Assembly: GCA_052279835.1 (NCBI GenBank)
Contig: CP181291.1
Coordinates: forward strand, 192,001 to 256,000
Direction of reading: 5' to 3'
Source: Microcoleus sp.
Lineage (GTDB): Bacteria > Cyanobacteriota > Cyanobacteriia > Cyanobacteriales > Microcoleaceae
Length of the DNA: 64,000 nt
Made by a program: the position numbers and the translations under genes. The first letter of the stretch is position 1. Every line of letters starts with the position of its first letter. The notes under the pieces were generated by a model that worked only from the letters and a program-made list of their open reading frames with translations, was not told where the DNA came from and did not search any database. Positions 10,148 to 18,047 of this stretch are shown piece after piece.

Positions 10148-10197
10148 TAGTCCGCGGAGGCGGACTTTGTTTGTGTAGTAGCGGTTTCAACCGCCGA
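10148..10197. repeat. REP-like double hairpin
   Basis: AGTCCGCGGAGGCGGACT and GCGGTTTCAACCGC palindromes in an intergenic region. Confidence 0.55.
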
Positions 10198-10267
10198 ATG
10201 AACGAGGAGATGGCCAACCCAGATTTTGTATGATTCAATATTAACTATCAATAATTCTCCAGAAAAA

Positions 10268-11593
10268 ATGACAAAAGACAAACACCGACAACAGTTTCCA
10301 GCTTTGGCCAATAAAGCTTATTTTAACTACGGCGGACAAGGACCGTTGCCTGAGCCTGCTTTAGAGGCGATTTATGGGGCATACAAACGGGTGCAGGTTG
10401 GGGGGCCGTTTTCGGGGGAAATCGGTGCTTGGGTGGTTCAGGAGGCGATGCTGACGCGACGTGCGATCGCCTCGGAGTTAGGTGTCCCTCCTGAAACGAT
10501 CGCCCTGACTGAAGATGTCACCGTCGGCTGCAATATTGCTCTATGGGGCATTGATTGGCGATCGGGCGACCATTTATTGCTTTCTGACGGAGAACATCCC
10601 GGCATTGTAGCCAGTGTAATGGAACTTCAGCGCCGTTTCAACATTGAGGTTTCGGTTTGTCCGCTGGTGGCTACTTTGAATGGGGGCGATGCGGTGCAGG
10701 TAATTGCTAGTTATTTACAGCCAAATACTCGTTTGTTGGTAATCAGTCATATTTTGTGGAATACTGGCCAAGTTTTGCCTCTGGCTGAGATTGTTAAGGT
10801 GTGTCATCAAGGTTATGAACCCCCCCTAGCCCCCCCTTGTCAAGGGGGGGGACAAGAGGGAATTTTCCCGCTTCAATCGGAGGGAAGAACAGATATAGAA
10901 CCCCCCCTAGCCCCCCCTTGTCAAGGGGGGGGACAAGAGGTGAGACAAGAGAGTTTGTCTGTGGAGAATCACAAAGTTAGAGTGTTAGTTGATGCGGCTC
11001 AATCTGTGGGGGTTTTACCTTTGAATTTGATTGATTCTGGGGTTGATTTTTATGCTTTTACTGGTCACAAATGGTGGTGCGGCCCAGAGGGTTTGGGCGG
11101 ACTGTATGTGAGTTTGGATGCTTTGGCAGATTTGCATCCGGTGTTTATCGGTTGGCGGGGAATTGTCACGGATGCTAATGCTAAGCCTATTGGCTTAAAA
11201 CCGGGAGCTCAACGTTACGAAATTGCGACTTCGGCTTATCCTTTGTATGGGGGTTTGCGAAGTGCGATCGCCCTGCAACACGAATGGGGTACAGTGGAAG
11301 AAAGGTATGCAGAAATCTGCCGTTTGAGTAAGTATCTCTGGGAGGGTTTATCAGAGTTGAATCATGTAGAATGTTTGCGAACATCTGCACCAGAAGCGGG
11401 TTTAGTTTCGTTTCGATTAACTAATGGGATGCCGCACAAAAAGCTTGTTGATTTGTTGGAGAAACAGGGAATTATGGTGCGGACAATTCTGAATCCCGAT
11501 TGCGTGCGGGCTTGCGTTCACTATTTTACCACTGAGGCGGAGATTGATAAGTTGGTTGGGGAAATAGCCACAATTCACCTAGTACAATCCTAG
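10268..11593 (+). CDS. Class V PLP aminotransferase (L-cystine lyase C-DES/CefD-like) with an in-frame repeat insertion
   Basis: YFNYGGQGP, SHILWNTG, DAAQSVG, FTGHKW(PLP-Lys)CGPEG, RACVHYF. Confidence 0.88.
   Translation: MTKDKHRQQFPALANKAYFNYGGQGPLPEPALEAIYGAYKRVQVGGPFSGEIGAWVVQEAMLTRRAIASELGVPPETIALTEDVTVGCNIALWGIDWRSGDHLLLSDGEHPGIVASVMELQRRFNIEVSVCPLVATLNGGDAVQVIASYLQPNTRLLVISHILWNTGQVLPLAEIVKVCHQGYEPPLAPPCQGGGQEGIFPLQSEGRTDIEPPLAPPCQGGGQEVRQESLSVENHKVRVLVDAAQSVGVLPLNLIDSGVDFYAFTGHKWWCGPEGLGGLYVSLDALADLHPVFIGWRGIVTDANAKPIGLKPGAQRYEIATSAYPLYGGLRSAIALQHEWGTVEERYAEICRLSKYLWEGLSELNHVECLRTSAPEAGLVSFRLTNGMPHKKLVDLLEKQGIMVRTILNPDCVRACVHYFTTEAEIDKLVGEIATIHLVQS
10817..10940. repeat. Two identical 43-bp palindromic C/G-run repeats (10817-10859, 10898-10940) inside a CDS
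   Basis: GAACCCCCCCTAGCCCCCCCTTGTCAAGGGGGGGGACAAGAGG x2, 81 bp apart; each encodes EPPLAPPCQGGGQE; a relative lies at 63502-63532. Confidence 0.9.
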
Positions 11594-11633
11594 AGTGAAA
11601 GGCTCTAAAAATGATTATCTTGACGGCCGATGT

Positions 11634-12048
11634 TCAATTCCCATCATCGAGAGACACAGCAGATGACTTGACTATCCTATTTTCCAGAGAAGCTACAGGG
11701 AACATAATTCCCTGTTTTTTTGTCGGATAATTCAGCGTATTAAATACCCTGTCCCAAAATCCTTGAATTCCATAGTTTCCCTTAAACCTAGTGTGATGAA
11801 GCTCGTGAAAATCTGAGGAAATGAAAAAGATTGATAGAGAACTATGGTCTTCTAAATTGTAAGCATTGCCGATTATATTCCAAGCGCACAATTGAGTAAT
11901 GTCATATTCAAATATAAAAACAGGCAAAATGTCTGTAGCGGTGACAATAATATATTCTATCAGATTTTTATGACCAGCAACAAAACTGGATGAGTCGAGG
12001 AAATTATGATGTTTAAGATGTATTTTCTGCAAAAACTTTCTATGAAAA
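11634..12048 (-). pseudogene. 5'-truncated sterol desaturase/fatty-acid hydroxylase family gene
   Basis: FHRKFLQKIHLKHH and FHELHH...GNYG..FWDRVF His boxes. There is no N-terminus; the frame runs into a GCGGGTTT...AAACCCGC repeat. Confidence 0.7.
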
Positions 12049-12049
12049 A

Positions 12050-12108
12050 GGCGGGTTTATCTAGATTGTTTGTCAGACTCAAATATTATCTGTAAAACCC
12101 GCCCGTAC
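12050..12108. repeat. REP-like inverted repeat (GGCGGGTTT ... AAACCCGCCCGTAC)
   Basis: Inverted repeat arms are visible directly and abut the truncated desaturase. Confidence 0.6.
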
Positions 12109-12181
12109 AGGTAATATCTATTCGATGGTGCGACATCGATCTCTGCGTTCTCTGCGCCCTCTGTGGTTAAAAAAAATCCGG

Positions 12182-13561
12182 TTATATAGACATAGAGATA
12201 ACATACTGTTTCAACACAGGATTCAAACTAAACAAAATTATCTTTTCCTCTTCTACAGCATCCAATAAAAACCGACTTCCAAGAGATCGCACTGCATTAA
12301 CTATTTCAGACGGCGAAAACGGTATTTGGTTAAAAAAATGAGACACAGCAACAGGTTCAGCTTGATTAGCCAGGTGAACCATCACCGCCAACTCTGCCGC
12401 AGTCAATCGCCCAAAAGGTTGAGATAATTGAAATTGCAACCCTTCATCTAAAATCGGCATTTCGCACTGCAAAAACTCCGCAACTCTCCCCCCAAATAAC
12501 TCTCGAATCAGCGTTGCAGTCAACTCCAACCACAGGGGATTTCCTTGATAAATGTCAATCAAAGTTGACCATGTTTCCTCATCGGCTAACTTTTGCGATC
12601 TCAAAATCTCTTTAGCAGCTTCTCCCAAACTTCCCAATTCAAAACATCGCACGGGACGATCGTCTTTTGATAATCTGGCAATTTCTCTGGGTTTTTCCCA
12701 ACTATTCAATATCAAACAACTTTGATGACAGACTTCGGCAATAAGTTTAAAAAATAACTGATAATCTTCATATCGAGTTTTATATTGTCCTGCGAGTTGT
12801 CCGCTGCTAAAAAGCATCTGTACGTCATCGAGGACAATCAGACATCGATATTTTCGCAGGTAATCGAGGATTTGGGAAATTTTGGTTTCGATGTTTTGGG
12901 GAATTTCGGATGGTTGGGAAAAGATTTGCAGCAGGTTGGTGAGGGTTGCATCTAGGGTTGGGGAAAAGCGGAGGCTGCGATAGATGACGTAATCGAATTG
13001 GGTTTTGATTTGGTTGATTAGGCGGAGGGAGAGGGTTGTTTTGCCGATTCCGCTGATTCCGAGGAGTGCGATGAGGCGTGTGCGATCGTGTGTTATCCAG
13101 TTTTCGAGGGTGGAGAGTTCGGAAGTGCGATCGAAAAAGGTGAATATTTGGGGTGCGTCGCCTAAGTCGATGTGGAGTTGTTTGGGAGTTTGTTGGGAGT
13201 TTTGCGGTTCTGTTGGACTTCTCGCCCTTTCTTGACAAATATTGAGGTTGTTAATCGCTACATAATCTCTACCTACTCTACCGATAGCTGATGAAAAGTT
13301 ATCAAATTTCGCTTTTTCTAATATTGCTCTAAAATTTCTTTTAGTAATATCTTCTCCCAATCCCTCTGAGAATATTTGCCATAATTCCGAACCGATATCC
13401 CTGGTATGACCTTCACTGGAATGAGTCGCTTCAGCAATTTCTGGGTATGTCCGACCTTGGAATGTCCCTTCAAGGATAGCTTTTTGCAGATAGTCTATAT
13501 GTTCTCCCGTCTTCGCGAAGATGAGCTCGTCCGCGAGTTTTAAGACTTCTGCGATTTCCAT
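12182..13561 (-). CDS. N-terminal HTH plus NB-ARC/STAND ATPase without a C-terminal sensor
   Basis: HTH-like LQKAILEG..GRTYPEIA...LWQ; Walker A GISGIGKT; Walker B LIVLDD; GNPLWL; ends at LNPVLKQY. Confidence 0.85.
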   Translation of the reverse strand: MEIAEVLKLADELIFAKTGEHIDYLQKAILEGTFQGRTYPEIAEATHSSEGHTRDIGSELWQIFSEGLGEDITKRNFRAILEKAKFDNFSSAIGRVGRDYVAINNLNICQERARSPTEPQNSQQTPKQLHIDLGDAPQIFTFFDRTSELSTLENWITHDRTRLIALLGISGIGKTTLSLRLINQIKTQFDYVIYRSLRFSPTLDATLTNLLQIFSQPSEIPQNIETKISQILDYLRKYRCLIVLDDVQMLFSSGQLAGQYKTRYEDYQLFFKLIAEVCHQSCLILNSWEKPREIARLSKDDRPVRCFELGSLGEAAKEILRSQKLADEETWSTLIDIYQGNPLWLELTATLIRELFGGRVAEFLQCEMPILDEGLQFQLSQPFGRLTAAELAVMVHLANQAEPVAVSHFFNQIPFSPSEIVNAVRSLGSRFLLDAVEEEKIILFSLNPVLKQYVISMSI

Positions 13562-13595
13562 AGGTCAGTCGTGTGCTGCGATTTGTCGTATTATA

Positions 13596-13692
13596 TCCGA
13601 CTTTCCGACATTTCCGACAAGATTCCGACATTTCCGACAAGATTCCGACATTTGCGATCGGTTGTCTGGGAAAAGTCCCGACATTTCCGACT
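13596..13692. promoter_or_regulatory. Array of TCCGAC(A) direct repeats in a divergent intergenic region; putative operator
   Basis: TCCGAC at 13596, 13604, 13613, 13624, 13633, 13644, 13686 and CCCGAC at 13677; includes a duplicated 20-bp unit. Confidence 0.6.
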
Positions 13693-13789
13693 GACGGCTT
13701 AGCAGAAAATATACCTTAATGACTGTATCGTCTGCTGTACAAACGGGCGATCAGTAAATTATTGCAATAAATTTAAAAAGTAAAGTAAT

Positions 13790-14710
13790 ATGGATGACCA
13801 AAAAGCAGCACAATTCATTGAATTTCTTGAAACAAAGGTGCAAGCACTGACGGGACAACGGCTAGTATTTTTTGTTATTGGTCGTGCAGGTTGGGGCAAA
13901 TCTAGCACGGTAAACTCATTAGTAGGTCAAGATGTATGTGAAGTTAGCGATCATGAGACAACAACAGCAGATATTACTGGGTTTAATTTTGAAATGAATG
14001 GTGTTAAAGCAATAATATTTGATACTCCTGGTCTTTGCGATGGTAGTGGAAACGATCGTACATACATAGAGAAGATACGTTCCGAAATCAAAGAGCCTGA
14101 TTCTATGTTATATGTAAACAGGCTCGACGAAACTCGAATCACAGACAATGATAAGAGAGGAATCAAAATTATTTCAGAAGCATTGGGTATAGAAGCATGG
14201 AAACACGCAGTTATAGTTTTCACTTTTGCTGATAAGCTTAGTGCCTTAGAGTATCCAACAAAATTAACTAAGAGAACCCAAAGTGTTCGACAAGCAATAG
14301 CCGAATGCATAAAAGATACGGATATAGCATATCAAATTCCAGCAGTTGCAATAGTTAATAAAAATAGCACACAACCTGACGCTAAAACTGACAAAACACC
14401 TGATGGTAAGGAATGGCTTGGAGAATTTTTTACAGTAGTAGCGGAGCGTGTATCTATGAAAGGTATGATTGCTTTACTAAGTTTTTTGACTCCGAGTATA
14501 ACAAAGCGAACTCGTCTTAACAAGCAACAAAAAACTCTTATTAGGAGGAAATTTGTTGAGGCAGTTTTGCAGTCAACAGGAACATTGGCGGGATTGGGAG
14601 CTGCTATAGCCGGACTTTTAAACGCTCCAGTAATAATAGGTTTTTCAGGAGCTGGAATAGTAGGAACTCTGATAGGAGCCTGGTTATCTAGGTATGATGA
14701 TGATGAGTAA
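13790..14710 (+). CDS. AIG1/Toc34-like TRAFAC GTPase with C-terminal Gly-rich hydrophobic helices
   Basis: G1 GRAGWGKSS, G3 DTPG, W.HAVIVFTFAD (atypical G4), C-terminal GTLAGLGAAIAG...GAGIVGTLIGAW. Confidence 0.8.
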   Translation: MDDQKAAQFIEFLETKVQALTGQRLVFFVIGRAGWGKSSTVNSLVGQDVCEVSDHETTTADITGFNFEMNGVKAIIFDTPGLCDGSGNDRTYIEKIRSEIKEPDSMLYVNRLDETRITDNDKRGIKIISEALGIEAWKHAVIVFTFADKLSALEYPTKLTKRTQSVRQAIAECIKDTDIAYQIPAVAIVNKNSTQPDAKTDKTPDGKEWLGEFFTVVAERVSMKGMIALLSFLTPSITKRTRLNKQQKTLIRRKFVEAVLQSTGTLAGLGAAIAGLLNAPVIIGFSGAGIVGTLIGAWLSRYDDDE

Positions 14711-14713
14711 ACT

Positions 14714-14780
14714 GATCGCCCTTATCTTCCCCAAAGTACGATCGCCCTTATCTTCCCAAAGTACGATCGCCCCTTCTTTT
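14714..14780. repeat. HIP1-cored ~25-bp tandem repeat (GATCGCCCTTATCTTCCCAAAGTAC), two full units plus a partial one
   Basis: The same unit recurs at 15454-15484, 17094-17165 and 17856-17880. Confidence 0.85.
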
Positions 14781-14782
14781 AC

Positions 14783-15169
14783 CTAATCAAATGGATTCAA
14801 TATAGTTAACCCATTAACACGCTTAAAATCCTTAGCATTACGAGTCACCAAAACACATCCCTCAACTAAAGCACAGGCTGCAATTACACCATCACCTAGT
14901 TTTAAGCGATAATCTCGGCGAATTTGGGCTGCACTATCTAAAACTGATTCTGTCAATGATACGCACTTAAGAAGCCTCAAAAATTCTCGCATCTCATTCG
15001 CTTGTTCTTCTGTCAATGCCGGGTAACAAAGTAACTCCACCCAACTAATCGGACAGTAAAGTGCCTCTGCATCTCCAGCTTCAATTTCATCAAATATAGG
15101 CTGAACTTCTGGCCCATCATTGAAGTAGTAAATCAGGATGTTGGTATCGAGAAGATATTTATTAATCAT
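14783..15169 (-). CDS. vapC: VapC-family PIN toxin
   Basis: YLLDTNILIY, ISWVEL, LGDGVIAA, LVTRN.KDF; the ATG at 15169 overlaps the upstream antitoxin stop. Confidence 0.9.
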   Translation of the reverse strand: MINKYLLDTNILIYYFNDGPEVQPIFDEIEAGDAEALYCPISWVELLCYPALTEEQANEMREFLRLLKCVSLTESVLDSAAQIRRDYRLKLGDGVIAACALVEGCVLVTRNAKDFKRVNGLTILNPFD

Positions 15170-15392
15170 CCCATTCTGCTCTAAGTTGCAACTGGAATTC
15201 CAAAGCATCCACACGCTTAGGTAAAAAACCTCGCCATCTCTTTAGATTTTTCCTGGGCAATCTTTCACTGCTACCCTGAGTTTGGGTTGTTACCCGATCG
15301 CGCATCAATGCTGATAATACTTCTAAAAGTTGCTGTTGCTCGTCAGGAGTGAGACTTTGAGCCTGACTCAGTACCTCGCTATAAGTAGACAT
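15162..15392 (-). CDS. Putative antitoxin of the VapC module
   Basis: Small protein coupled upstream of the PIN toxin; C-terminal W.G...DALEFQ.QLRAEWD is typical of these antitoxins. Confidence 0.75.
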   Translation of the reverse strand: MSTYSEVLSQAQSLTPDEQQQLLEVLSALMRDRVTTQTQGSSERLPRKNLKRWRGFLPKRVDALEFQLQLRAEWDD

Positions 15393-15530
15393 AGGCTTGA
15401 TGTTGAGATTTTTTGGCTGATTGTCATTATAGCAATTTAGGATCGGGGGAAGTGCGATCGCCCATTTCTTCCCAAAGCGCGATCTGATTATGCTATATTA
15501 TAAGTAGATACGTTTTGTATATACACTATC

Positions 15531-15816
15531 ATGCAGTTTGAATGGGATGAAAATAAAAACGCCCAAAATCTCAAAAAACATGGCATTAGCTTTGAAGAAG
15601 CTCAAGAAATCTTTGACGGAATCGTTTTTAATGCCATTGATGAGCGTTTCGACTACGGAGAAATCCGAGAAATCAGTATTGGTGTCATACAAGGTGTCGT
15701 TATCGTCACGCCCTGCACATACTGAAAGAAATGGAGCTATCCGCATCATCTCCGCCAGAAAAGCCACTCGTCAAGAAAAAAATACTTACTATGACTATCT
15801 CGCCCAAACGACTTGA
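15531..15816 (+). pseudogene. brnT: BrnT-family toxin, frameshifted near 15708-15716
   Basis: MQFEWDENKN..NLKKHGISFEEA...DYGE.R in one frame; AHTERNGAIRIISARKATRQE in the next frame. Confidence 0.85.
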
Positions 15817-16048
15817 AGAATTAGAAAATATTCCAGAATCTGCGATCGATACCTCTGATATTCCTGAATTAGATGCGAGTTTCTGGGAAAAAGCAAAACT
15901 GGTAGAACCCCTCACAAAACAAGCTATTTCTTTAAGAGTTGATAGCGATGTATTAGATTGGTTTAAAAACCAAGGAAAAGGTTATCAATCTCTAATGAAT
16001 GCCGTACTGCGCTCTTATGTTGAACATCACGCAAAAAGCAGTCAATAA
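15791..16048 (+). CDS. brnA: BrnA-family antitoxin
   Basis: IDTSDIPEL, K.AISLRVDSDVLDWFK.QGKGYQS.MN.VLR (RHH). Confidence 0.9.
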   Translation: MTISPKRLEELENIPESAIDTSDIPELDASFWEKAKLVEPLTKQAISLRVDSDVLDWFKNQGKGYQSLMNAVLRSYVEHHAKSSQ

Positions 16049-16112
16049 ATATACGATTCTATTTTAAGTCATCAGGTAGGCGATCGCAACCTGTATTTTG
16101 TCACCAGCAGCA

Positions 16113-16367
16113 TTATTTTCCTATCAGCCGATCGTACTCTGCGTGCGTACCAATCCAAAACCACAAAATACCTGTTTTCATTTCCACACCCAACGCCCGA
16201 TAAGCTTGTCCAACCCTTACAGACCAATAGTTACCAACCTTCTTAAAATGCAGAGAAGGATGAGACGGATCTACCTTCAGCAACTCATAACATTGATCTG
16301 CTGTAGCCTTTACATTTGAGGGCAAAGCATTGTAACAATCCCAAAACTTTCGAGTAGTATAGTGCAT
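16113..16367 (-). CDS. RelE/ParE-like toxin
   Basis: F...Y..LP......ELLK.DP.HPSLHFKKV..YWSVRVG..YRALG...WFWIGTHAEYD. Confidence 0.85.
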   Translation of the reverse strand: MHYTTRKFWDCYNALPSNVKATADQCYELLKVDPSHPSLHFKKVGNYWSVRVGQAYRALGVEMKTGILWFWIGTHAEYDRLIGK

Positions 16368-16567
16368 TAAATCCCTCGATAGTTACCACTCTCAAAATCT
16401 GCGATCGCCTCTGCTGCTAAACCATCCAGTTTACCCTCAGCAATATCTCGATCTAACTGAACATCCCATCGTTGATAATCCAAATTTAGAAACCACTCTA
16501 ACAACTCTTCAATCTTGTTGGGCGGAAGTTGGAGAATCGCATTTTCTATCTGTTCAATAGTCAACAT
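16367..16567 (-). CDS. Putative antitoxin of the RelE/ParE-like toxin
   Basis: IEQIE.AI.QLP...WD.QL..DI..GKLD.LA.EA; 1-bp overlap with the toxin. Confidence 0.8.
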   Translation of the reverse strand: MLTIEQIENAILQLPPNKIEELLEWFLNLDYQRWDVQLDRDIAEGKLDGLAAEAIADFESGNYRGI

Positions 16568-16629
16568 AGGCTATCTTAACTTACACTTTTACTTAGTTGA
16601 TTATTGTAACACTACTTTGAGCCTCATCA

Positions 16630-16791
16630 TCAGTATTTTCGTTTGAGTTGCTCAACGGTCGTTACCTTACTTGCTGCTACATCAGTTCGGGCTTTATTAA
16701 ATGCTTGTAGAAAACCGGGAATTTTCAATAATTCGTTCGTAGCTTCATTGCTTTCACGTTCTGCTGCTTTCAGGAGAATATAGTCAGTCAA
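16630..16791 (-). pseudogene. Probable toxin/antitoxin chimeric fragment
   Basis: TTG start overlaps the upstream TGA. MTDYILLKAAERE (RelE-like start) is joined to ESNEATNELLKIPGFLQAF..A..DVA (antitoxin-like C-terminus). Confidence 0.5.
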
Positions 16792-17030
16792 TTTTTTTCT
16801 CCAAATAGCTTCAATTTGAGTTCTTGGGAGGATATCCCCCGATCGCGACCAGCTTGGTAATCTTGCCAACCAGCCTCGCTCTCTGCTATTTCTTCTGCTG
16901 AAATTACTTCATCATCTTCGGCAACTTCTTCCCGTAACTGAATCATCTTTTTCAAGTCTTCTAATAACCGCAGTTGGTCTGCAATCGTGAGGCTTTTAAC
17001 TTGATTCAATACATTGCTATAAGTAAACAT
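16788..17030 (-). CDS. Putative antitoxin (orphaned)
   Basis: N-terminus TYSNVL.QV.SLT..DQ.RLLE resembles 15162..15392; acidic C-terminus AESEAGWQDYQAG. Confidence 0.65.
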   Translation of the reverse strand: MFTYSNVLNQVKSLTIADQLRLLEDLKKMIQLREEVAEDDEVISAEEIAESEAGWQDYQAGRDRGISSQELKLKLFGEKN

Positions 17031-17186
17031 AGACTTGGTTGTAAGAGTTTTTGCTTGTTCTCTATTATATCTAAATTTAAAGTTCTGGGAAAAGCGATCG
17101 CCCTGATTTTCCCTGCATTGCGATCGCCCTTATCTTCCCTGCATTGCGATCGCCCTTTCCTTTCCAACACCCAACTAATTAACTCA

Positions 17187-17546
17187 CTATATAAGCGGTT
17201 TTCTGAACCGATATCCATCAGGTTCTACAACCACAAATGCCCCTTTCAGTTCTACTTCAGAGTAATTTTCTATAACTTTCGCAAGTTCTTTGTGAACTTC
17301 ATTCACCATTTTAGGTAAGACTCGAAGGTAAATCACACCTGTTCCGATCGCCCTCACAAAAACAAGATTTCCGTAATCTCTGTCTCGCGTAACCAGGATG
17401 CGATTCTCTGCTTGGGCTACTCTCAGTATTTCTTCATCAATTGCTTGCGCTAAACCCATTTCAGCGACAACAATTACATCATGTCCTGTATCAATCAAAA
17501 ACTTTATAGTAACAGCATACACATCTTGGTCTATCAGAAACTTCAT
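17187..17546 (-). CDS. DUF5615 PIN-like toxin
   Basis: MKFLIDQDV, G.DV, DEEIL..A..E.RILVTRD.DYG.L. Confidence 0.85.
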   Translation of the reverse strand: MKFLIDQDVYAVTIKFLIDTGHDVIVVAEMGLAQAIDEEILRVAQAENRILVTRDRDYGNLVFVRAIGTGVIYLRVLPKMVNEVHKELAKVIENYSEVELKGAFVVVEPDGYRFRKPLI

Positions 17547-17549
17547 AAT

Positions 17550-17783
17550 TTAAGCTAATGCCAAATACACATCTTCCGCCGCCACCAGTGCGATCGCATA
17601 ACGCAAGCACGCCCGAATATCATCCATTTCCAAATCGGGATAGTAATCTTGGATAATCTCTGCAAAAGAAAGCCCTTCATTTAGTAATTCGAGAACGCTC
17701 TGTACAGTAATGCGCGTACCCACTATGCAAGGCTTACCGAAGTGAATTTGAGGGTTGACGGAGATTCTGTCCATTTTGACCAC
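17550..17783 (-). CDS. DUF433 antitoxin
   Basis: I.VNPQIHFGKPCI.GTRI.V..VL.LL..G.S..EI..DY.P.L...DI.ACL.YA. Confidence 0.9.
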   Translation of the reverse strand: MVKMDRISVNPQIHFGKPCIVGTRITVQSVLELLNEGLSFAEIIQDYYPDLEMDDIRACLRYAIALVAAEDVYLALA

Positions 17784-17892
17784 GCAGCTTTATGTCTCTT
17801 CTATTTTAAGTCATCAGTTAGGCGATCGCAACTTGTCTTTTTTCAGCAGTGAGCCGATCGCCCTTATCTTCCCAAAGTACCTGAAGCACAGC

Positions 17893-18013
17893 GGGTGCAT
17901 CTGTGTTTTGCAAATATACTCGTAGGGGCGAAGCATGACCGCTGTAAATCTCTGTCTCTCGCTAATAAATTGTCTGCGGTCATGCTTCGCCTATGCAAAA
18001 TCGGGATGCTCCC
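17893..18013. mobile_element. MITE family B (121 bp) with 8-bp target-site duplication
   Basis: Ends GGGTGCATCT / GGGATGCTCCC; flanked by AGCACAGC at 17885-17892 and 18014-18021; internal GTAGGGGCGAAGCATGACCGC...GCGGTCATGCTTCGCC hairpin. Confidence 0.85.
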
Positions 18014-18047
18014 AGCACAGCTATCCTAAAGTGCGATCGACCTAAAT

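Noticed and set aside
10268..11593. DndA cysteine desulfurase for the dnd locus
   Set aside because: It lies about 20 kb from dndC, and its motifs fit the C-DES/CefD type; I saw no IscS-type SGSAC catalytic loop.
13596..13692. CRISPR array or plasmid iterons
   Set aside because: Units are only about 10 bp with no unique spacers; no cas or rep gene is nearby.
14714..17880. Classical integron attC array or CRISPR array
   Set aside because: No tyrosine integrase or cas gene is in the window; the repeats lack the RYYYAAC...GTTRRRY palindromic structure and are separated by whole genes.
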